64,000 nt of DNA. Origin: Marispirochaeta sp. Its GTDB lineage: Bacteria > Spirochaetota > Spirochaetia > JC444 > Marispirochaetaceae. A model generated the notes under the pieces. It did not search any database. It was not told the origin of the DNA and saw nothing but the letters and a program-made list of their open reading frames with translations. How positions within the stretch are numbered: the stretch's first letter is position 1; every line of letters begins with the position of its first letter. Positions 56,604 through 64,000 of the stretch are shown here, one piece after another. The position numbers and the translations under genes were made by a program. The stretch is from the NCBI GenBank assembly GCA_963676835.2, contig CAXXFF010000003.1:448001-512000 (forward strand), given 5' to 3'.

Positions 56604-59314
56604 CGGGGATCCAGGGTTATACCTTCCATCCAGAAGGGCAAACGTTCCGCAAGGTCGGCATCCTCTTCATAAACCTCACGGCGCCACTCTTCATTGGTCA
56701 TTCTATCAGTATAAGGCACGGTAAACTCGTAGTAACTGAACCCGTAGCCCTGGGCTATCCGCTTGCCTCCCTGGCCGTCGTTGAGAGCAATATAGAGTCT
56801 GTGAGGAATTCCTGTTGCAGTCTCCAGAGCCAGCCCCTGTTCCATGTTGGTGAATACATCAGCAATAACAGCTCCCCGCAGACTGTCGGGATCATCGGAA
56901 TACATGCTGTAATCGGCTCCCGGAGGTACCACCAGCTTGCTCAGCTGTTTAGGTACAGTTCGTATCCACTGCAGATCCTCAGTAGATACCGCAGCATCGT
57001 TATACTCCTGTTCCACGATTTTGAGACTACGGGTAAAGATCTGTTCAAGCTGAGTTGACCTGTTCCGGAACTCTTCATCCTGGAGCTGGTAATTATTGGC
57101 GATCTTTGCCAGGTGTTTGATACTGTTCCGCGCCCCCCGGAAGTAGGCCAGGTTCGGTTCGATGTAGTGAACCGGCTTCGGCAGAGGATCAACCCTGTAG
57201 GTGGGTTCATAGTCGCCATCCCCTGCCCGTTCCGCATACACCTGTTTAACATACAGAATGGTATCGTGACGCAGGGCGGCCCAGGTTCCGTGAGCTGCAA
57301 GCTGGCTTTTTATGCCCCATTGGGGGGATTCGGTAAAATAGAAACCGCTGCCTGGTTCAAATAATGCCTGAGTCTTGATCTGGTAGAGAACCTGATTGTA
57401 GTAAGTTTCGGTCCAGATATCCGGCTCCATTGCTGAAATATGATCCGCAATGGATGCAATCAGTTCTTCAAGACCGGGCATAACAGGATAGTCACTCTGC
57501 TGAAGCAGATAATCCGCAGTGGTAGAGCCGAAAGCTCGAGTTATATCCAGCCCCCGGACAATATCCCTGGGCATAAATCGTGGTGGTGATACAAACTGAT
57601 GTATGTATGAATCCCAGGTAAAACGCTGGCCGAACAGTCTCCAACCCATGGGTGGATTCTCATAATCTTCGGATGGAGCGTCAAAAACTGAGTTACCGGA
57701 AATTACCGGGGGCCGGAGCTCCTCATGGGCTTTGTTTACCGCAGCAATAATATTAGATTCCTGCTCAAGCCAGAAAGGGAGATCTAATATCCCGAGCTCT
57801 TCATAAAAGGGAAGCAAATCATAAAATGAGAGGTCATCACTCATACCGATAAGAGCGGTAATGGGATCGAACAGCTCTTTCCAGGATGCAAGCAGGGTAT
57901 CCTGATTATCCCGCACCAGCTCTGTGAGTACCGCGACCATGGGGAAATGGCGGACAGACAGCTCTTCGGCAGTATCCTGCGGAACAGGAGATCCGTCCAG
58001 GGGCAGAGGAAGTGTTTTACCCGCAGAAATGTAGCTGTGGATTCTGCCGTACCACATCATGGCTCTGAAATAAGTTTCGAGAATACCGTTTTTAGTATAA
58101 TGACCCCGGGCCTTATACTGGGAGTAATCTTCCCTGTACCCGAAATTCGGGGAAATCTCCATGCCTTCAGCTGCAAGAATAAGCTTTACTTCGATAACCA
58201 CTGAATCCGGGTAGCCCTTAAGCACATGATTCTCATCGAAAGAAGCATATGTGACTGCGGTGCGTCCATATTCATCCTCATGACGGTGCCTTTCCGGAGC
58301 CAGGTCGAGGAGAGCCTGGGCAACCTGAAAGTAGCTTACGGCCCTTTCCAGGGCTTCCCCGTAGACGGTATCTTCTGTCGCTTCTGCAGCTTTATTCTCC
58401 AGGAGCCGGAGAAAATCGCGATTAAATTCGGTCAGCCTGCGGAGAAGGTAGTTTTCTTCAATAAACTGCAGGTACTTGTCAAAATAGAGATGAAGACTGT
58501 TGGCATACACATCGGTGGTCAGGAAAAGGGGAATCTGTTTATCTTTTGCATCCTGAATATACAGGGCGAGCATATCATCAGGCTGGTCCAGGGAGAGCCG
58601 GTACTCGCCCGGATTAACCCGCTGAAAGGCAATACGGTCTGATTCAAGCCGTTCCTTTACTCCCGGAGAAAGAGGGTCAAGGCCGATGAAGGAGGGAAAC
58701 AGCCCGGATTCCGCCTGCTCGGAATAGAGCTCGGCCAGAATGGCATTCACCTCCGCTGATTCACCGATACCGGCAAGATCCGCTCCGAAAACCGTCCCGG
58801 CTTGCCCGTCGAGTTCCACTGCGTAAAAATAGTTATAATTATTCTGAAACTTGAAAAGGCCGTAGTACTCTTCGTCGGAGTTTTTGATCTTTTCAAGGAG
58901 CTGCAGATGTGTTCCTTTGGGAATGGCAGTCCCTGCCGGCAGACCGGCAAGATCATCCGTTGATACAGGCTGAAAACCGGGATAGAAGAGTGCCATCGAA
59001 CTGCCGATAACACCGGAAGCGGCGTAGGCGGGTATGTTCAGATCACGGAAATCGGTAGGATCATCCAGATACTGCTTATGTCCCGCAGGGCTTCCGGGAA
59101 TGGGCTGTACTTCAAAATCAAGCACAATGGGTTCTGGTTTCTCAACTTCAATATTCTCTTCAGGCTGGTCAGCCTCTTCAGCAAAGGCTGCAGGCTGTTC
59201 CTGAGCCGGCTCCTCTGTAATCATCTCCTGCACCGTGTCTTTAGAACAGGAAAGGAAGGAGACGCCGGGAAGAACAGTAAACACAAGCAATAACATTAAT
59301 AATGATTTTTTCAT
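56600..59314 (-). CDS. DUF3160-family large lipoprotein
   Basis: FLSC; PLFLTTD, EDYSQYKARGHYT, YFRAMMWYGR, GQRFTWDS, WAALRHDTILYVKQ, IADVFT, RMTNEEW. Confidence 0.82.
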   Translation of the reverse strand: MKKSLLMLLLVFTVLPGVSFLSCSKDTVQEMITEEPAQEQPAAFAEEADQPEENIEVEKPEPIVLDFEVQPIPGSPAGHKQYLDDPTDFRDLNIPAYAASGVIGSSMALFYPGFQPVSTDDLAGLPAGTAIPKGTHLQLLEKIKNSDEEYYGLFKFQNNYNYFYAVELDGQAGTVFGADLAGIGESAEVNAILAELYSEQAESGLFPSFIGLDPLSPGVKERLESDRIAFQRVNPGEYRLSLDQPDDMLALYIQDAKDKQIPLFLTTDVYANSLHLYFDKYLQFIEENYLLRRLTEFNRDFLRLLENKAAEATEDTVYGEALERAVSYFQVAQALLDLAPERHRHEDEYGRTAVTYASFDENHVLKGYPDSVVIEVKLILAAEGMEISPNFGYREDYSQYKARGHYTKNGILETYFRAMMWYGRIHSYISAGKTLPLPLDGSPVPQDTAEELSVRHFPMVAVLTELVRDNQDTLLASWKELFDPITALIGMSDDLSFYDLLPFYEELGILDLPFWLEQESNIIAAVNKAHEELRPPVISGNSVFDAPSEDYENPPMGWRLFGQRFTWDSYIHQFVSPPRFMPRDIVRGLDITRAFGSTTADYLLQQSDYPVMPGLEELIASIADHISAMEPDIWTETYYNQVLYQIKTQALFEPGSGFYFTESPQWGIKSQLAAHGTWAALRHDTILYVKQVYAERAGDGDYEPTYRVDPLPKPVHYIEPNLAYFRGARNSIKHLAKIANNYQLQDEEFRNRSTQLEQIFTRSLKIVEQEYNDAAVSTEDLQWIRTVPKQLSKLVVPPGADYSMYSDDPDSLRGAVIADVFTNMEQGLALETATGIPHRLYIALNDGQGGKRIAQGYGFSYYEFTVPYTDRMTNEEWRREVYEEDADLAERLPFWMEGITLDPR

Positions 59315-59391
59315 GAAGAACTCCTGTTTTTTATCACTGTACTATATCAGATTTTATTTACTTCACCAGAGCATTTCATTATTTTCCACCA

Positions 59392-59718
59392 ATGGTTAAT
59401 CTCAATTCTCTGACTGATGTGAAGGATTTTGTCTCTACCCATCCCATGACACTTCTCTATATGAGCCGTCCGGACTGCGGTGTGTGTACGGCCATTAAGC
59501 CGAAGGTAATAGAAATGCTGGAATCTTTCCCGAAAATTGAGTCAGCTTATGTGAATCTCGACGTGATACCGGAGGCTGCGGGAGAATATTCCGTATTTAC
59601 CATACCGGCGGTTCTTGTGTATGCCGACGGAAAGGAACTGGTTCGGGAAGCCCGTTATATCAGTATGGATGATCTTGAAGGGAAAATTGCCCGCCCCTAC
59701 GGGCTACTTTTTGAATAA
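59392..59718 (+). CDS. Thioredoxin family protein
   Basis: CGVC active site; VFTIP cis-Pro loop. Confidence 0.88.
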   Translation: MVNLNSLTDVKDFVSTHPMTLLYMSRPDCGVCTAIKPKVIEMLESFPKIESAYVNLDVIPEAAGEYSVFTIPAVLVYADGKELVREARYISMDDLEGKIARPYGLLFE

Positions 59719-61305
59719 GCGGGACTGATAGCCGGTATTCTTAACAACAGCCCTCACCTTCAGCCCCTCGCCGATTTCGGCCGAAACAGTACCTTCCAGT
59801 TGATTTACCAGTGCTTTGATTGTGGTAATCCCAAGAGAGTTACTTTCTTTGAGAAAAAAATCCTCTTCCGGCACTCTGCCGTTATTTTCGACGACTATTT
59901 CCAGCCGCTCCTCCGGGAGCTCCTTCAGGGTAACCTTTACATAACCCGCCCTTTCGGAAGGAAAGGAATGTCTGAGAGCATTGGAAACCAGTTCGTTGAT
60001 AATGAGACCAATGGGAATAGCCACATCTATCATTACCTCTATTGGAGGCACAGTACAGAGAGCGTGAACTTTACCTGGTATATTTTCCAGCAGGGAAAAA
60101 ATATGATAAACGAGATCCGGCAGGTATTCATTCAGAGGCACCGTCTCAAGATTATCAAGTTCGTACATTTTCTGATGAACCGCGGCCATTGAAAGTATAC
60201 GCACCTCGGCGGTTTTCAATGCTTCCTTGACTTCCGGATTCGTCTGGTTCTCCTCCTGAAGAGAAATAAACGAGCGTACAATCTGGAGAGAGTTTTTGGT
60301 TCTGTGGAACAGCTCCTTTATAAGAAGGTCTTTTTCTTCAGACTTCTGCTCAAGCTCCCTGGTAACGCGGTAGTAATCGCTCATATCCCGGACCAGAGCA
60401 AGGGCCTTGTCGGGTCCTGCCTGTACCAGCCGTATTTCATAATCCCTGTGCCTGCCGCTTCTGTCGGAAGAATAGTGGAAGAGCTGCACGGTCTCAGAAT
60501 CAAAAACCCTGGAAAGAGTTCTCAGCAGCTTTTCGGCATCTTCCGGAGGCAGAATATCTGAGATGTTTCGATTGGTAAGCCTACTTTTGACAAACTCATG
60601 CTGGATATCCTTATCGGAAATAAGATTTAACACTGTACCGTCCCGGCCTATCTCCGCAAGAAGGTCGGGGACCGCCTTTATCAGTGCTTCAACCCTTTCG
60701 TTTTCTGCCTGCAGCTTTTCAGCTGCTGCGGCACGCTCGTTCATTAGTTGATTAAGCTTCAGATTCTGATAAGCTTCCCGGGAAAGCTGCTCAGTAACCA
60801 GAAAAAGAGCATCCGCAATCTTACTGAACTGCTCAAAAGATATAGCAGGAATAGCATTATAGGCTTTTTTTACCTCTTTCCGCGCCAGTCCCAGAGAATC
60901 GGTGTATTCGAGAAGGTGTTTCATATCCGTTCTTTCGTTACGGACCTGGCCGATCATCCAGCTGCCGATATGTATTCCGTTCAGATAAACCGGCGATCCT
61001 GCATCAAGGAGTCCGCAGCTGTGACATGGCAGAACCAGAGGACCTTCACCTTCGCTCCGGCCTTTTCCCAGTACAGAGTCGGACTGCTGACAAAGGATAC
61101 GCCCCTTTGAGTGAGATCGTACCATGTTACAGAGTCGGGAGAAGCGGCTGGGTTTTGTGACCGGAGTGCCGTCAGGCAGGGTCATTATTGCAGCAAGACC
61201 GGTAGCCTCGGAAAAGGCATCCTGAATTGATTGAAGATCTTTTAAATTAAAGAGTTGGAGAAGAAGAGGTGTTCCCGCCTCTACCGGACTCCCAACTTTT
61301 TCCAT
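59704..61305 (-). CDS. Cytoplasmic sensor histidine kinase (PocR + PAS + HisKA_2/HATPase)
   Basis: LQSIQDAFSEATG...CQQSD...CHSCGLLD PocR domain; ELFHRTKNSLQ; NELVSNALRH; SLG. Confidence 0.88.
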   Translation of the reverse strand: MEKVGSPVEAGTPLLLQLFNLKDLQSIQDAFSEATGLAAIMTLPDGTPVTKPSRFSRLCNMVRSHSKGRILCQQSDSVLGKGRSEGEGPLVLPCHSCGLLDAGSPVYLNGIHIGSWMIGQVRNERTDMKHLLEYTDSLGLARKEVKKAYNAIPAISFEQFSKIADALFLVTEQLSREAYQNLKLNQLMNERAAAAEKLQAENERVEALIKAVPDLLAEIGRDGTVLNLISDKDIQHEFVKSRLTNRNISDILPPEDAEKLLRTLSRVFDSETVQLFHYSSDRSGRHRDYEIRLVQAGPDKALALVRDMSDYYRVTRELEQKSEEKDLLIKELFHRTKNSLQIVRSFISLQEENQTNPEVKEALKTAEVRILSMAAVHQKMYELDNLETVPLNEYLPDLVYHIFSLLENIPGKVHALCTVPPIEVMIDVAIPIGLIINELVSNALRHSFPSERAGYVKVTLKELPEERLEIVVENNGRVPEEDFFLKESNSLGITTIKALVNQLEGTVSAEIGEGLKVRAVVKNTGYQSRLFKK

Positions 61306-61371
61306 ACAAAGATTATGCCACCGATACAGATGGGGAGCAAGCGTTTTTGCACAGCATTCCTGAAAAGAGGC

Positions 61372-62535
61372 TTAATCCTGTTTGCCCTCTTCCCGGTGCA
61401 GCCCCTGGTACACATCGGTACGATCGATATAGACAGTGAGGCTGCAGGAGTTCCGGTTACTGCTTTTTATTTCCAGTTTCAGCTTCATGAGACCGAATTC
61501 AGCCTCCACCTTATTCTCTTCTTCCGCAGTGGAAAGCTCAAAATGGCGTACTTCACCTTCATGACGAAGATCGAGAAACAGTGTGCCCGTACCGTCGGCA
61601 AACTCTGCTTTTCCCTCCACGGAAGCGACAACTTCATTACCCTGCCGGTCGGTAAAAGTCAAATCTTCAGCAAACTGCAGTTCCGGGTCCCTGTCTGCAT
61701 ACATGGTCTTGGAAAGGTGAAAGAGCTTCTGCATATCATAAAGAAAGGAGTTGAAATGCCGTTCCTTGCCCCTTACAACGATTCTGCCCCCGGGGGTTAC
61801 CTGAACAGTTGCCGACCAGTTTCTGAAGATAACTTCAGGAAGATCGACGGTACCGAAATCTGCTCCGAGGTCTGTCATAATGGTATGCGATCCGGGCGCA
61901 ACATTACTGATGACGAAGGGAATCCGGGAATCGTTTCCGGTGTATCCCACAAACTTTCCATCCAGGTAAATTTCAGCATCCATCAGATTGGAATGAAAGG
62001 CAATTTCGCCGGGCTTCTCATCCTGAAGGGAGAGTATGGACCGGTCTGTTTCGGGAGTTGCAAAAGTAACCCGGGCTCCGCTTATGGCGGCAACTGCTTT
62101 TTCCGCAAGACGGTGAACCGCATTTTCCGTAGCACCCCTGTCGGTTACAGCAATGGCGGTACCGGTTTCAACGTCAGTAATGGTAAGGGAGAACAGAACC
62201 TCCAGACCGATAAAAACGTAGCTTCCGTGAACAAGAAAATCCGCACCAGCAAGACGGCCGATTTCGACGGCTTTTTCATCATCAGCGATAAGCCCGGAAA
62301 GCACCATGCGCTGCTCATCAAGAACATCTTCAATTTTATTTCTGTTGACAAGCTTAACGCCGGGGGAACGTGAAAAATCAAAAAGAAGCAGCCCCTCTAC
62401 AATGCCTGTAAGGTAATCGTAGCGGGGGTCGCCTCCGGTATTCTCAATTCCAGCCAGAGCCACGGAAGATTCCGAGTACAGGGTGCCGCCTAAAAGAACA
62501 CACAGCAGCAGTATGGCAGAAACAGTCTTTTTCAT
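61372..62535 (-). CDS. Exported CsgG/FlgO-like plus PEGA-domain protein
   Basis: MKKTVSAILLLC signal; LVNRNKIEDVLDEQ...AVEIGRLAGAD; DAEIYLDGKFVG. Confidence 0.78.
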   Translation of the reverse strand: MKKTVSAILLLCVLLGGTLYSESSVALAGIENTGGDPRYDYLTGIVEGLLLFDFSRSPGVKLVNRNKIEDVLDEQRMVLSGLIADDEKAVEIGRLAGADFLVHGSYVFIGLEVLFSLTITDVETGTAIAVTDRGATENAVHRLAEKAVAAISGARVTFATPETDRSILSLQDEKPGEIAFHSNLMDAEIYLDGKFVGYTGNDSRIPFVISNVAPGSHTIMTDLGADFGTVDLPEVIFRNWSATVQVTPGGRIVVRGKERHFNSFLYDMQKLFHLSKTMYADRDPELQFAEDLTFTDRQGNEVVASVEGKAEFADGTGTLFLDLRHEGEVRHFELSTAEEENKVEAEFGLMKLKLEIKSSNRNSCSLTVYIDRTDVYQGLHREEGKQD

Positions 62536-62724
62536 TCCCTCGTCCTTAAATACACTCATAATAGTCCCCGAAGAGACATTCAACAGATAAACAGAGTAGC
62601 CTGATATACAATATTTATCAATTACGGAGCTATACTTGAGAAAAGGCAATTCTTAGTCAAAACGGCAGGAGCTTGACAAGGTAAATTGGAAAAGTAAAAA
62701 AGACAGGACCTATATGTTAAGGAT

Positions 62725-62781
62725 AAAAATCCCGGAAACCGTGGAAACCCCAGGTAATTCCTGATCAAACGGTTTCCGGGA
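62725..62781 (-). terminator. Large-loop terminator after the RraA-like gene
   Basis: 13-bp IR TCCCGGAAACCGT/ACGGTTTCCGGGA with 26-nt loop; T5 tract on the minus strand. Confidence 0.65.
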
Positions 62782-62789
62782 GACAAACT

Positions 62790-63506
62790 CTATTTGGCAG
62801 CCCGAAGTCTGGCCATTTCAGAGCGCCAGAATTCCAGCTGTTTCAGGTCTACTTCACGGCCTTCGGCAATTGCAGCCCGGCAGTTTTCCAGAACCGGCAT
62901 TTCCGCATCTGCAGCCTTTTTACAGGCAGCGGCAAGTTCAGGTGCAACTTCCGCGGGGATAAGCACTACACCGTGCTGATCAGCTGCCAGAAGATCTCCC
63001 GGGTTAACAGTAACTCCGCCCACTTTGACAGGGATGTTGTACTCTTCAATATGAATGTACCCATGGGTAACCAGCAGGCATTTTGCAAAAAATCCGAACC
63101 CCAGGGGACCGACTTCGTTAAGATCTCGAACACCGCCGTTGGTAATAGTACCCACTGCGCCGAGAGATTTGTGTACCGTGGCGTTTACCTCACCCCACCA
63201 GGAACCGCAGGGTTCGGGATCGATATCCTCCGCAACAGCAATAGCAGGACGGGGAGTTTTCTGCAGAACCTCGTAATATTTCATCCAGTTATCAAGATGT
63301 GCCTGGGTGGGAGGGTTTGCAGCTGAAATCCTGGCTGTACAGGCATAGCCGATCATAGTTTTTCCATAGGGAAGAATACATTTAATTTCAGGAGTCATTG
63401 CTCCCTCTGTGCGGGGACGAACATCAAACCTCTCAATAGCATTGGCAATGGTAGGTGTATCGAATCCTCTCAGTCCTTCAATCTGTGCGGATGTTAAAAG
63501 TGCCAT
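62790..63506 (-). CDS. RraA/HMG-aldolase family protein
   Basis: DTPTIANA, WGEV, TNGGVRD, VNPGDLLAADQHGVVLIP. Confidence 0.88.
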   Translation of the reverse strand: MALLTSAQIEGLRGFDTPTIANAIERFDVRPRTEGAMTPEIKCILPYGKTMIGYACTARISAANPPTQAHLDNWMKYYEVLQKTPRPAIAVAEDIDPEPCGSWWGEVNATVHKSLGAVGTITNGGVRDLNEVGPLGFGFFAKCLLVTHGYIHIEEYNIPVKVGGVTVNPGDLLAADQHGVVLIPAEVAPELAAACKKAADAEMPVLENCRAAIAEGREVDLKQLEFWRSEMARLRAAK

Positions 63507-63551
63507 TTGGTCTCCTTCAGGTTTTCGCGGCCGTATACGGCAACTGTAAAC

Positions 63552-63561
63552 TTGTATACAA
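63552..63561. promoter_or_regulatory. Candidate GntR/FadR operator
   Basis: Perfect palindrome TTGTATACAA in the divergent rraA/gntR region; second site ATTGTATGCAAT at 63709-63720. Confidence 0.55.
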
Positions 63562-63754
63562 TTCTAATATTGCATTCATTATAATTTTCATCCGGTAATT
63601 GGTCAACCGAGGAAAGGATTAAATAAAGTTGATTTCTTAAGCCCCTGTAGCTCTTTTGCATGACCAATGCTCTGGTCATTGAATAAAAAAAGACTTATAG
63701 TACTGCTTATTGTATGCAATCTTATGCATGAAAATTCAATAATCCGGGTGCATT

Positions 63755-64000
63755 ATGGACATTCTTGAATACGAAGATCTTGAAGAAGGTGTTTTTGACA
63801 GCATCATTGCCATGCTGCTTGAAGGCAGTTTAAAACCCGGAGACAAGCTTAATCAGCTTATGCTTGCCCGCTCCCTTAATGCATCGCGGACGCCGATAAA
63901 TGCAGTTTTATCACATCTGGAAGCTCTGATGATTGTGGAAAAAAGCCCCAGGCGGGGGTATTTTGTTCCCCGGTATCCCGAGTTAGAACTTAAAAAAGTA
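63755..64000 (+). CDS. GntR-family regulator, 3'-truncated (absent from ORF track)
   Basis: Hand translation MDILEYEDLEEGVFDSIIAMLLEGSLKPGDKLNQLMLARSLNASRTPINAVLSHLEALMIVEKSPRRGYFV... Confidence 0.88.
   Translation, partial: MDILEYEDLEEGVFDSIIAMLLEGSLKPGDKLNQLMLARSLNASRTPINAVLSHLEALMIVEKSPRRGYFVPRYPELELKKV

Noticed and set aside
43817..59314. Prophage or integrative element
   Set aside because: No integrase, transposase, tRNA att site or phage structural genes seen.
61255..62373. 372-aa plus-strand ORF
   Set aside because: Antisense shadow of the CsgG/PEGA gene; no motifs.

Overview
Chromosomal window from an anaerobic or facultatively anaerobic bacterium, most likely a free-living spirochaete (inferred from class I LysRS, a TRL-like lipoprotein, a BspA-type LRR protein and many lipoprotein signals). 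1-5 kb: amt-PII and metH. 5-25 kb is a dense redox block containing two rubredoxins missed by the ORF track, superoxide reductase, PerR/Fur, a WYL-like regulator and an unusual RnfD/G/E/A + NqrF membrane operon with no NqrA, RnfC or RnfB. That operon is divergent from a complete pyruvate dehydrogenase operon, which is followed by tpx, a flavodiiron protein, a Hnd/Hyd-type [FeFe]-hydrogenase cluster and Rex. 25-43 kb is mostly housekeeping (rmuC, purC, clpP, era, lysS, rlpA, cheD, azlCD), plus a GNAT N-acyltransferase/LPLAT pair and a degenerate HD-GYP protein. 43-64 kb is accessory-like and rich in exported proteins: a WD40-caspase-FGE lipoprotein, palindromic repeat elements, hicB with a deleted hicA, a BspA-ankyrin protein, and a lipoprotein-signal AMMECR1/MEMO/DUF3160 trio with no radical SAM gene. 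The best candidates for undescribed systems are the Rnf/Nqr hybrid and the exported AMMECR1-MEMO-DUF3160 module. No rRNA, tRNA, CRISPR array or transposase was recognised. All calls come from reading motifs by eye; no database searches were run.
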